From Bordetella parapertussis (GTDB taxonomy: Bacteria; Pseudomonadota; Gammaproteobacteria; Burkholderiales; SG8-39): a stretch of 64,000 nucleotides of DNA. The stretch lies in assembly GCA_945861875.1 (NCBI GenBank), contig CAMAWC010000007.1, forward strand, positions 7,540-71,539, written 5' to 3'. The notes under the pieces were generated by a model. That model searched no databases, was not told where the DNA came from, and worked only from the letters and a program-made list of their open reading frames with translations. A program made the position numbers and the translations under genes. Below, in pieces: positions 42,764-51,700 of the stretch; position 1 is the first letter of the stretch; each line of letters begins with the position of its first letter.

Positions 42764-44124
42764 CTTCGCGCGACACACCTGCAAACCCGACGGGGGGCGC
42801 GCCACAAAACAAAGCGGCATCCGCCGCCGATGATTTGCGCACGCGCGGTGAAGCGGCAATGCGGAAAAAAAGCGGCGGCGTGCCGCCAGAGCTTGCCACG
42901 CTCACGCCCGAGGCCGCCGGCGCCCTGCTGCACGATCTGCAGGTGCACCAGATCGAGCTGGAGTTGCAAAACGACGAGTTGCGCAATGCGCAGTTGCAGA
43001 TCGAGGCGGCCCGGGAGCGCTATGCCGATTTGTATGAGTTCGCCCCGGTGGGCTATTGCACGCTCAGTGAAGAGGGCAGGATTCTCGATTCCAACCTGTG
43101 CGCCGCGGGCATGTTGGGCCTGCCGCGCGCCCAGTTGCTGGGCAAACCGTTCAGTCGTTTCGTCCTTCCCGACGACGCGGCAACCTTCCAGCTGGCGCGT
43201 AAAACAATGCAGCAGGAAGGCAAGCATCCACCGACCGAGTTGCGCATGCAAAATGCTGCCGGCGAGTGGTTCTGGGTGCTGTTGGCGGCCTCGGCCGCGC
43301 CGGCGACCAATGGACACGACACACCGGTGACGCGCCTGACCATCAGCGATATCAGCGCGCAAAAGAACGCCGCGGCGCAACTGCTCAAGACGCAAAGGGG
43401 GCAGATCATCGGCAGCCTCGCCGCCGGGTTTATGCACAATTTCAACAATATTCTGGCCACCATTCTGGGCAACACCCACCTCGCCATCGAGGATTCGCAG
43501 TCCAACCAGAACGCGCTGATAAGCCTGCATGAGATTGAAAAGTCGGCGACGCGCGCGCGCACCCTGGTGGAGGCGATCGGGTGGTTCGCCCACCAGCAGC
43601 CGGAGCGCAAACAACGCCTCGCCATCGGGCCGCTGGTCGAACGCGCGCTGCAGGTGATGCGCGCCACCCTGCCTGCGCGCGTTGTCCTCCTGGCGCACCC
43701 GGCCGCGGTGCTGCCCGAGGTACTGGCTGACCCGCTGCAAATCCAGCAGGCGATCATCAATGTCGTCACCAACGCCATGCAGGCGGCGCGTGGCGGGACG
43801 GTGCGCATTGAACTTCGCCAGGATACGGTGATGCTCGATGAAGCCCTTGGCGCGACCGACCCGCAGCTTGCCGCGATGTACCGGAGGCATCCGGGGATGA
43901 GCGTGCGCATCAGCATTGTCGATGACGGGCCGGGCATGGATATGGCCACGCTCTCGCGCGTGTTCGAGCCGTTCTTTACCACCAGGCCGCCGAGCCAGGG
44001 CGCCGGCCTGGGCCTGCCGGTGGCGCAAGGCATCATGGAAACGCACGAGGGTGCGATCACGGTCCAGAGCAAGCCTGGCCGCGGCACGACCGTCACGCTC
44101 TACCTGCCACCGGCTGCGGCCTAA
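42760..44124 (+). CDS. PAS-domain sensor histidine kinase
   Basis: 454 aa. ATGA overlap with the CheB-CheR gene. The coiled coil LQVHQIELELQNDELRNAQLQIE is followed by PAS, an H-box (FMHNFNNILATILG), and HATPase_c (DDGPGMD, GAGLGL). Confidence 0.88.
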   Translation: MTSRDTPANPTGGAPQNKAASAADDLRTRGEAAMRKKSGGVPPELATLTPEAAGALLHDLQVHQIELELQNDELRNAQLQIEAARERYADLYEFAPVGYCTLSEEGRILDSNLCAAGMLGLPRAQLLGKPFSRFVLPDDAATFQLARKTMQQEGKHPPTELRMQNAAGEWFWVLLAASAAPATNGHDTPVTRLTISDISAQKNAAAQLLKTQRGQIIGSLAAGFMHNFNNILATILGNTHLAIEDSQSNQNALISLHEIEKSATRARTLVEAIGWFAHQQPERKQRLAIGPLVERALQVMRATLPARVVLLAHPAAVLPEVLADPLQIQQAIINVVTNAMQAARGGTVRIELRQDTVMLDEALGATDPQLAAMYRRHPGMSVRISIVDDGPGMDMATLSRVFEPFFTTRPPSQGAGLGLPVAQGIMETHEGAITVQSKPGRGTTVTLYLPPAAA

Positions 44125-44130
44125 CCGACC

Positions 44131-44478
44131 CCGGAACCCATGGGGTTTGTCGTGCGGCTGGGAAAACCCAAGCCCATGGATTCCCGCTTACGCGGGAATG
44201 ACGGCGTTTTCAGTCCGGAATCGAGATGTATCCACCGTACCCGTCATTCCGGGGCGGCGTAGCCGAACCCGGAATCCATGGGGTTCGTCGATCGGCTGGG
44301 AAACCCAACCCCATGGATTCCTGCTTACGCGGGAATGACGGCGTTTTCATTCCGGAATCGAGATGTATCCACCGTACCCGTCATTCCGGCGCCGGCAAGA
44401 TATTCGTCATTCCGGGGCGGGCAATTTATCCGTCATTCCGGGGCGGCGCAGCCGAACCCGGAATCCATGGGGTTCGTC
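44131..44478. repeat. Tandem composite palindromic repeats (units 1-2 and the left half of unit 3)
   Basis: Units start near 44131, 44268 and 44458. Each unit is CCGGAAYCCATGGGGTT..AACCCCATGG, then GGATTCCYGCTTACGCGGGAATGAC, then GGCGTTTTCA.TCCGGAATCGAGATGTATCCACCGTACCCGTCATTCCGG... Confidence 0.85.
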
Positions 44479-44497
44479 GTGCAACGACACGTGTCGC

Positions 44498-44785
44498 CTA
44501 CATTTCGGATGACAGATCCCGCCATTCCGGATTGCATCGGCCGATCAGCGCGAGCTTCCACGCCCGCCGCCATTTCTTAAGTGTCTTTTCCCGGGCAATG
44601 GCGTCGTACATCGTTTCATGCGATTCGACGTGGACGAGTATTTTCACGCCGTGCTGCCTGGTGAAACCTGCTTCAAGGCTGTGCTTGTGCGCCCAAACGC
44701 GATTGGCCAGGTTCGACGTCACCCCAATGTACAAGGTGCCGTTGCGCTTGCTGGCAAGAATGTAGACACAGGGTTGCTTTGGCAT
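44498..44785 (-). CDS. GIY-YIG nuclease family protein (small stand-alone, COG2827/YhbQ-like)
   Basis: In track ORF 44498..44806, the first 7 codons (MGFVNRL) are repeat sequence. The ATG at 44785 gives MPKQPCVYILASKRNGTLYIGVTSNLANRVWAHK...AREKTLKKW, which contains the GIY, YIG, Arg and Glu motifs. Confidence 0.85.
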   Translation of the reverse strand: MPKQPCVYILASKRNGTLYIGVTSNLANRVWAHKHSLEAGFTRQHGVKILVHVESHETMYDAIAREKTLKKWRRAWKLALIGRCNPEWRDLSSEM

Positions 44786-44800
44786 AAGCCTGTTAACGAA

Positions 44801-44960
44801 CCCCATGGATTCCCGCTTACGCGGGAATGACGGCGTTTTCTTCCGGTATCGGTAAATAATTCATCATTCCGGGGCGCCGCAGGCGAACCCGGAATCCATG
44901 GGGTTCGTCGTGCAGCTGGGAAACCCAACCCCAGGGATTCCCGCTTACGCGGGAATTCGA
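44801..44960. repeat. Tandem composite palindromic repeats (right half of unit 3 and unit 4)
   Basis: ACCCCATGGATTCCCGCTTACGCGGGAATGACGGCGTTTTC..., then unit 4 from about 44888: CCGGAATCCATGGGGTTCGTCGTGCAGCTGGGAAACCCAACCCCAGGGATTCCCGCTTACGCGGGAAT. Confidence 0.85.
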
Positions 44961-44973
44961 GCCAGCGCCCGTT

Positions 44974-46464
44974 TCAGCACACGTCGGCCAGCGGGCCGGG
45001 TTTGCCGATGCCAAAGCCCTGCACGTAATCGACGCCCAGTTCCCCGAGTGCGCTCAGCGTGGCGTCGCTCTCGACCGACTCGGCGATGGTCAGCACGCCC
45101 ATCTTGCGCGCCGTCAGCGTAATGGCGCGTACCCGCGCGACGTCGGCGCGGTTGCCGGGCAGCCCCTGGATGATACTGCCGTCGATCTTGATGAAGTCAA
45201 ACTGCATGCCCTGCAAGGGCGCGAACGACACCCTGGTGCTGCCAAAGGCATCCAGCGTGAAGCGGCAGCCCAGCGGGCGCAGCGTGCCGATGAAGGCCTG
45301 CACCGCCGCGCGCTGCCCGATCAAATCCGGCTCGGTGATTTCAAAATTGATATTCCCGCCCGGAAATTTCTGCCGCAGCAGCTCGGCCTTGACGTACAGC
45401 GAGAAATTCGGGTCGGCCAGCGTCGCCGAGGACATGTTCACGCAAAACAACGGCAGCGGCCAGTCCGCAGCAATGCGCCGCCGTGCCAGCGCCCAGGTCA
45501 TGACGTTGCGCACCACCCAGCGGTCGATCTCGCCCATCATGCCGTAATGCTCGGCCACCGGAATAAAACCGCCCGGCGGCACCATGTTGTCCTCTTCCTG
45601 CTGCAGGCGCAGCAGGATTTCAAAGCAGCGCGGGTATGGCGCCGCAGCGCCCAGCGCGCGGATGGTCTGGCCGAACAGCACGAAATGATCCTCGCGCAGG
45701 GCCGTGACCAGCTGCTCGCGCGGGTCGGCCGAACCGAGCATCTGCCCGGTCAGCGACTCAAGGTACAGCAGTTCGTCGCCCCGGCCCGACCTTAGCACCT
45801 GGTCGCCGATGTGCGCCGGGGCCGCGGTCGCGGCCACCTCGATCGGCGCCGCGGTATTTTGTGCGATCAGCAGGTAAAACCCGGACGGGTGTTCGGTCGC
45901 GCCCGGAAACGGCAGCATGGCCACACTCAGCGGCATTTCCACGCCCTGTGCATTTCGCCAGGCCGCGTCAAAGCGCGCCTCCATGCCGCCCAGCACCGCG
46001 TCGCTGCGCGACTTCACATCCTCGTAGGCCGATGGTGCCAGCACGTCGTGCAGCAGCAGGTTATGGATCTTGCTCTTGTCACGCCCGATCCAGCCGGCAA
46101 AGGCGCGGTTGTGATAGCGGCAGTACTCGATCCGGTCGACAAACAGCAGCATCACCGGCAGCGCGTCGTGGATGAAATCGGCGCGTGCCTCGGTCATCTT
46201 GAGCGTTTCGGCCAGACGCTGGCGCCGCGTCACCTCCTCGGACAGCGCCTCCTTGGTGCGCAACCATTGTTTGGTGCGCCGCGCGATCAGCCACTGCGCG
46301 CGCGACGCCTGGCTGGCCACCGCCAGCACCGCGGCAAACAGCACGCCGCACAGGAACGCGATCCACTGCAAATCGAACAGCGTGAAATAAATCGTGGCGA
46401 GCAGCATCGCGCCAAGAATGACGGTCAGGCCGGCGGCCAGCACGTTGCGCAGTTTATTGGTCAT
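44974..46464 (-). CDS. Membrane-anchored PAS/EAL-domain protein (putative c-di-GMP phosphodiesterase)
   Basis: Track ORF 44974..46476 has a GTG start. The ATG at 46464 (MTNKLRN) is the likely start. Two TM helices, a coiled coil, a PAS-like region, then EAL (FEILLRL, NMSSATL, EITE, DAFGS, IKIDGS). Confidence 0.85.
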   Translation of the reverse strand: MTNKLRNVLAAGLTVILGAMLLATIYFTLFDLQWIAFLCGVLFAAVLAVASQASRAQWLIARRTKQWLRTKEALSEEVTRRQRLAETLKMTEARADFIHDALPVMLLFVDRIEYCRYHNRAFAGWIGRDKSKIHNLLLHDVLAPSAYEDVKSRSDAVLGGMEARFDAAWRNAQGVEMPLSVAMLPFPGATEHPSGFYLLIAQNTAAPIEVAATAAPAHIGDQVLRSGRGDELLYLESLTGQMLGSADPREQLVTALREDHFVLFGQTIRALGAAAPYPRCFEILLRLQQEEDNMVPPGGFIPVAEHYGMMGEIDRWVVRNVMTWALARRRIAADWPLPLFCVNMSSATLADPNFSLYVKAELLRQKFPGGNINFEITEPDLIGQRAAVQAFIGTLRPLGCRFTLDAFGSTRVSFAPLQGMQFDFIKIDGSIIQGLPGNRADVARVRAITLTARKMGVLTIAESVESDATLSALGELGVDYVQGFGIGKPGPLADVC

Positions 46465-46679
46465 TTTTGCCCGCACACCGACCCGCGCCGCACCAGCGGC
46501 AGGCCGGGCTCATCGAAAGACCGGGTGCCCGGCTTGATGTAGCCCACCAACTGCAATATTTCCATCGCAAATCCCCGTTTTAGATCGAGACACCGGCTGC
46601 GAAGCGCACCTGCGCGGCAAGCCTGCGCCGCCAATGCGGGCCGACGCGGGCGAAGATTAACCCGCTTCGCCCGATCCCC

Positions 46680-47084
46680 TCATGATTTTTGCCTGTGCGC
46701 CCTGAGATAGGCCATGTATTTGCTGTCCTCATGCTCGACATGGCCGGCAAGCCAAGCATACAGGTAAGACAGCACCTCCTCGCCGGAGGCCTTGTGGTGG
46801 ATCACACGGCCGATCCGGACCGACAGTTCGCCCAGCAGTTTTGAATGCACCGCCTCATGCAGCGCCAGGCCGGGATAGCCGATTTCGAACATGAAGCACT
46901 CCTCGCTGGCGAAATGAAACTCGGCATATTTCCTGATCTCATGCATGACCCTGGCAACCGCCTCCGCAGAGCCCTTTTTTTCGATCAAGCCGGCCAGCCT
47001 GGAAATGATGTTAACCAGCATGCGATGCTGGGCATCGATGAAATCGTCGCCCACTTCAAAACGCTTATCCCAGGTAAGTTCCAT
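46680..47084 (-). CDS. Bacteriohemerythrin
   Basis: 134 aa. W..RFEVGDDFIDAQHRML, HFASEE, HEAVHSKL, WLAGHVEHEDSKY give the full set of di-iron ligand motifs. Confidence 0.9.
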   Translation of the reverse strand: MELTWDKRFEVGDDFIDAQHRMLVNIISRLAGLIEKKGSAEAVARVMHEIRKYAEFHFASEECFMFEIGYPGLALHEAVHSKLLGELSVRIGRVIHHKASGEEVLSYLYAWLAGHVEHEDSKYMAYLRAHRQKS

Positions 47085-47368
47085 ACGCCCTCACTCGACA
47101 AAGTGTTCGCAACGGGACCACAAGCGCAGCATCCTGCCGAAGAGCCCCGGCGGCTTGTTTGCGCACACCGCCGCCCAGGCCATTAATACGCCATCCTCGA
47201 ACCACATATTTGACCTGAATCAAGACTGCCGGCGCCGTAAAGGCGTCAGATGGGCGGACAGGCCAGCGGAACCGGAGACTATGGCACATGTTGCCCGGCC
47301 GGGCGCGGTTCCGGGCGGCGAAGCCGATGGTCCAAACTGACCGCCTGAAATCACTTTTGGGGGATCGC

Positions 47369-48457
47369 ATGAGCGCCACCGCAACCATCCTGCTCGTCGA
47401 TGATGCGCCGGAGAATATCGTCATCCTCGCCGAGTTGCTGCGCCCGCTCTATCGCGTGCTCGCCGCCTCCTCCGGCGAGGCCGGGCTGCGTGTCGCCGCC
47501 GGCCAGCCCAAGCCCGACCTGATCCTGCTCGACGTGATGATGCCCGGCATGGATGGCTACGCGGTGCTCTCGAAACTGCAGGCCAGCCCGGCCACGCGCG
47601 ATATTCCGGTTATTTTCCTCACCGCACTGGCCGCCGCCACCGACGAAGAGCACGGCCTGCAACTGGGCGCGGCCGATTACATCACCAAGCCGATCCAGCC
47701 GACGGTGGTGCTGGCGCGCGTGCGCACCCAGCTCGAGGCCAAGCTGGCGCGCGACTGGATGGCCGACCAGAACGCCGCCCTTGAGCAGGAGGTGACGCGG
47801 CGCATGACCGAAAACGACCTTACCCAGCAGGTCAGCATACGTGCGCTGGCCCACCTTGCGGAATTGCGCGATCCGGAAACCGGCAGCCATATCCTGCGCA
47901 CCGCGGCCTTTGTGCAGCGCCTGGCCGAGGGCATGCGCCAGCACGCGTCGCTCGCCGTCACCCTGAACCAGCACTACATTGATCTGCTGGCCCGTTCGGC
48001 GCCGCTGCACGACATCGGCAAGGTCGGCATTCCCGATCACATCCTGTGCAAGGCCGGAGCGCTCACGCCCGAGGAACGGATCATCATGCAAACGCACGCC
48101 AAACTGGGCAGTGACGCCATCGCGCAGGCCGAGCGCGACATCGAGACGCCGCCGCCGTTTCTGGCCATTGCCAAGCAAATCGCCCACTGGCACCACGAAA
48201 AATGGGACGGCAGCGGCTATCCGGACGGCCTGGCCGGCGAGGCCATCCCGTTTGCCGCGCGCCTGATGGCCATTGCCGACGTGTTCGATGCGCTGATCTC
48301 ACCGCGCGTCTACAAGCCGCCGATGACCTTCGCCGAGGCGCGCACCATGATCATTGCCGGACGCGCCAAACATTTTGACCCGGACATGGTCGATGCCTTT
48401 GTCGCCGGCTTTGACGACTTTGTCGCCATCGCCCAGCGCCACCGCGAGGCGGGCTGA
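47369..48457 (+). CDS. Response regulator with HD-GYP output domain (RpfG family c-di-GMP phosphodiesterase)
   Basis: Track ORF 47288..48457. The ATG at 47369 is preceded by GGGGGA and gives MSATATILLVDDAPEN. The REC domain has LLDVMMPGMDG. HD-GYP has HDIGKVGIPD, HHEKWDGSGYPDGL. Confidence 0.9.
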   Translation: MSATATILLVDDAPENIVILAELLRPLYRVLAASSGEAGLRVAAGQPKPDLILLDVMMPGMDGYAVLSKLQASPATRDIPVIFLTALAAATDEEHGLQLGAADYITKPIQPTVVLARVRTQLEAKLARDWMADQNAALEQEVTRRMTENDLTQQVSIRALAHLAELRDPETGSHILRTAAFVQRLAEGMRQHASLAVTLNQHYIDLLARSAPLHDIGKVGIPDHILCKAGALTPEERIIMQTHAKLGSDAIAQAERDIETPPPFLAIAKQIAHWHHEKWDGSGYPDGLAGEAIPFAARLMAIADVFDALISPRVYKPPMTFAEARTMIIAGRAKHFDPDMVDAFVAGFDDFVAIAQRHREAG

Positions 48458-48485
48458 GCGCCGCGATGAGCCCGCTCCGGTCGAG

Positions 48486-48728
48486 CTACCGCTGCGCGGC
48501 CCGGTCGAGTTTTGCCAGCAAGCGCAGGCCGCGTTTTGCGTCGCCGCGCGCCGCGCGAATGCGAAAGCGCGCCTCGGCGTCGAACTCGGCCAATGCGGCT
48601 ATGGAGAACTCCTCGATCAGCTTGTTCATGCTGACGCTGCGCGTCGTGGCGAGGTGCTTGAGCCGCTCGTGCGTATCGTCGGGCATGCGGATGGTGAGGG
48701 TAGCCATGTTTTCACTCACGTTTGCCAT
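48486..48728 (-). CDS. Ribbon-helix-helix (CopG/Arc-like) protein, antitoxin-like, with no partner gene
   Basis: Track ORF 48486..48749. Likely starts are 48728 (MANVSE) or 48707 ([34 protein letters not shown], a typical RHH beta-strand plus two helices). Confidence 0.55.
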   Translation of the reverse strand: MANVSENMATLTIRMPDDTHERLKHLATTRSVSMNKLIEEFSIAALAEFDAEARFRIRAARGDAKRGLRLLAKLDRAAQR

Positions 48729-48793
48729 CTGAAAAAAATGATAGCGCATACGCCATCCGTTTTCAGCCGCTTGAGTGCACGGTGCCGCGCCTC

Positions 48794-51700
48794 ATGAAGC
48801 CATCCCTTCTTTCACCAGCCCTTGCCCTGCTCGCCACCCTGTTGGCGGTGTCGGCTTTGCTGGGATGGGTCCTCGATATCGCCGCCCTCAAGCAGGGCCT
48901 CGGCTCGAGTGTTGCCATGAATCCGGCCACGGCCGTGTGCCTGGCACTGCTCGGCCTTGAAGCCGTCCGCATGCATGCCATGAACACGCATGCCGCCCTG
49001 GCCAAAGCCGGACAACTGGCCATTCTTGTGGTGATCAGCGCCGTTCTTGCCAAGCTCTGCGAACTCCTCTTTGGCACATCCTTCGCCATCGATCAGCTGC
49101 TCTTTGGCGCCGCGCTCAAGGCAAATTTGGCCTACCCGAGCCGGATGGCACCCAATACGGCGGCCTGCCTGTTGCTGCTCGGGGTGGCCATGCAATTGAT
49201 GCGCAGCGGCACGGAAAGTCGCGTACGTAACGCGCAACTGCTCGCTATCCTTGCCCTGCTGGCAGGATTGCTTGCTCTGGCGGGCAACCTGTTCGGCGTG
49301 CGGGAACTGTCCGGTCCGGCGCAGTACATCCCCATGGCATTCAACACGGCCATCGCCGTCTGTTGCATTGCCGCGAGCATCCTGTCCTCCAGCCGGGAAA
49401 AAGGCGTGTTGAAATTTATCCGCTGGCAATCCCTGCAGACCCGGGTGGTCCTGGCTTCAATGATCGTCTCGGTGACCAGCGTATGGACACTGACGCTCTA
49501 TTCCAGCGCGGTGCTGCGCGAAGATTTGCAGCGCCAATTGGGCACGCAGCAGTTCTCGACGGTTTCGCTGCTGGCCGAGGAAATCGACCAGGAAACGGGC
49601 GACCGTCTGCTCGCGCTTGAAACCATTGCCGCAGAAATCACCCCCGCCATGCTTGCCAATGCGACAGTCCTGCAGAAGCTCCTGCAAGGCCGCCCTATTT
49701 TTACCAAACTTTTCAACGCTGGCGTTTTCGCCACCCGCCTCGATGGCATCTCGATCGCCGCCATGCCGCTGGAGGCGCCGCGGCTGGGCGTCGATTACGC
49801 GACAAGAGATTTCATGGTCGCGGCGCTAAAAGAAGGCAAGCGCGCAGTCGGCCAGCCGGTCCTCGGCAAGGTGCTCAAGGTACCGACCTTCGGCATGGCC
49901 GTGCCCATTCGCGATGCCGGGGGCAATACGATAGGCGCGCTGGTCGGCGCAACCAATCTCGCACAGCCCAATTTTCTGAGCAGGATTTCCGCAACACGCC
50001 ATGGCGACACCGGCGACTATGTGCTTGTCGCGTCAAAGGACCGCTTGATCGTCACCAGCTCCGACAAAACCCGCATCATGACAACGCTGCCCGCCCCGGG
50101 CATCATTCCGCAGCTCGACCGTTACCTTGAGGGTGGCGAGGGGTCGGCTGTTTACGTCAATCCGCTGGGCGTGGAAATACTCGCCTCGGCCAAGCACATT
50201 GCTGTGGCGGGCTGGGTACTGACGGCCACCCTGCCCACCGAAGAAGCCTTTGCCCCGGCCCACGACCTGCTTCGCAATACCCTGTGGAGCGCATTTCTGT
50301 TAACCCTGCTGGCGGGCACCCTGACCTGGGTCTTGATACGCCGCCATCTCGCACCGCTGCTGGCCACCGTGCACACCCTGGCCGATCTGGCCGGGTCGGA
50401 CCAGCCGATGCGGCATTTGCCTGTCACAAGGCAGGACGAAGTGGGCGAGCTCATCGGCGGCTTCAACCGCCTGCTTACAAGCCTGGCAGAACGCAGCCAA
50501 GCCTTGCAATTGGTGCGCACCGGCATCGAGGCGGCAACCGATGCCGTGTATTGGATACAGGCGGATGGCCGCATCGCGGATGTCAACGAAGCGGCGTGCC
50601 TGAGCCTGGGCCAACACCGCGGGACGCTGCTCAATGCACCGGTCTGGCAAGTGGCTACGCACTGGACCGCGGAAAACTGGCCGCGTCACTTTGACGAACT
50701 GCGACATCGCGGCAGCTTGAAACTCGCGTCCACCCAAACGCAGGCGAATGGCCGCTTGATCCCGGTGGAAATCGTCGCAAGTTACGTGCAGACCGGCGGC
50801 GGGGAATTCAGCTGCGCCATTGTCCGCGACATCACCGAGCGCAATCTGGCCGAGACGGCCCTCAAGGACGCCGCGATGCGCTTCCGCTCCTATTTCGAGC
50901 GCTCCATGATCGGCATGGCCGAGACCTCGCCGGAAAAAGGCTGGATCAATGTCAACGACCGGCTATGCGACATGCTTGGCTATTCCAAGCAGGAACTGCT
51001 GCGCATGAATTGGCAGGAACTTACCCACCCGGACGACCTGGCGGCGGACCTGGCTCGATTCAAGCGCACGCTCGCCGGTGAGATTGACGAATACACGCTG
51101 GAAACGCGCTTCATCCACCACGATGGTCATGTCGTTCACACCCACATGTCCGTGCGCGCTGTGCGCCGCACAGATGCCGCGGTCGAGTCTTATGTAGTCT
51201 TGCTCGAAGATGTTTCGGCTGAAGAGCAGGCCAGGACAGCGCTGCACGAGCACCACGCAATCCTTACCGGCATTCTGGCGACCACGCTCGACGGCTACTG
51301 GCGTATTGATGGCCGGGGCACTCTCCTCGATGTCAATCCGGCCTACTGCCTGCAGTCGGGCTACACGCACCAGGAACTGCTTGGCATGCAGGTCAGTGAC
51401 CTGTATGCGCAGGAGGACGCCCTCGCGCATGAAAGGCACATCCGGCACGTCCTCGAACACGGCAGCGACCAGTTTGAAGCGCGGCATCGGCGCAAGGACG
51501 GATCAATCTGGGATGTCGAGGTGAGCGCCACTCACCTCAAGTTTGCAGAACCGCAGATTGTTGTGTTCCTGCGCGACATCAGCGCGCGCAAGCTGGCTGA
51601 CCTCCAGGCGATTGAGGCGGCAAGCCTGACGGTCCGCGAACAGGCCGCCGTCCTCGAACAACAGAACCAGTCGCGACTGGCCGCGCTCAACCTGCTCGAG

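Noticed and set aside
44125-44965. Regularly spaced repeats that could be taken for a CRISPR array (also 33058-33286 and 60890-61215)
   Set aside because: The units are long composite palindromes of unequal length (about 137, 190 and 430 bp spacing). The supposed spacers are themselves repeat modules found elsewhere in the window. No cas genes and no leader are present.
48486-48728. Type II toxin-antitoxin module
   Set aside because: Only the RHH-like gene exists. Flanking space is 29 bp and 66 bp, with no toxin-sized ORF on either strand.
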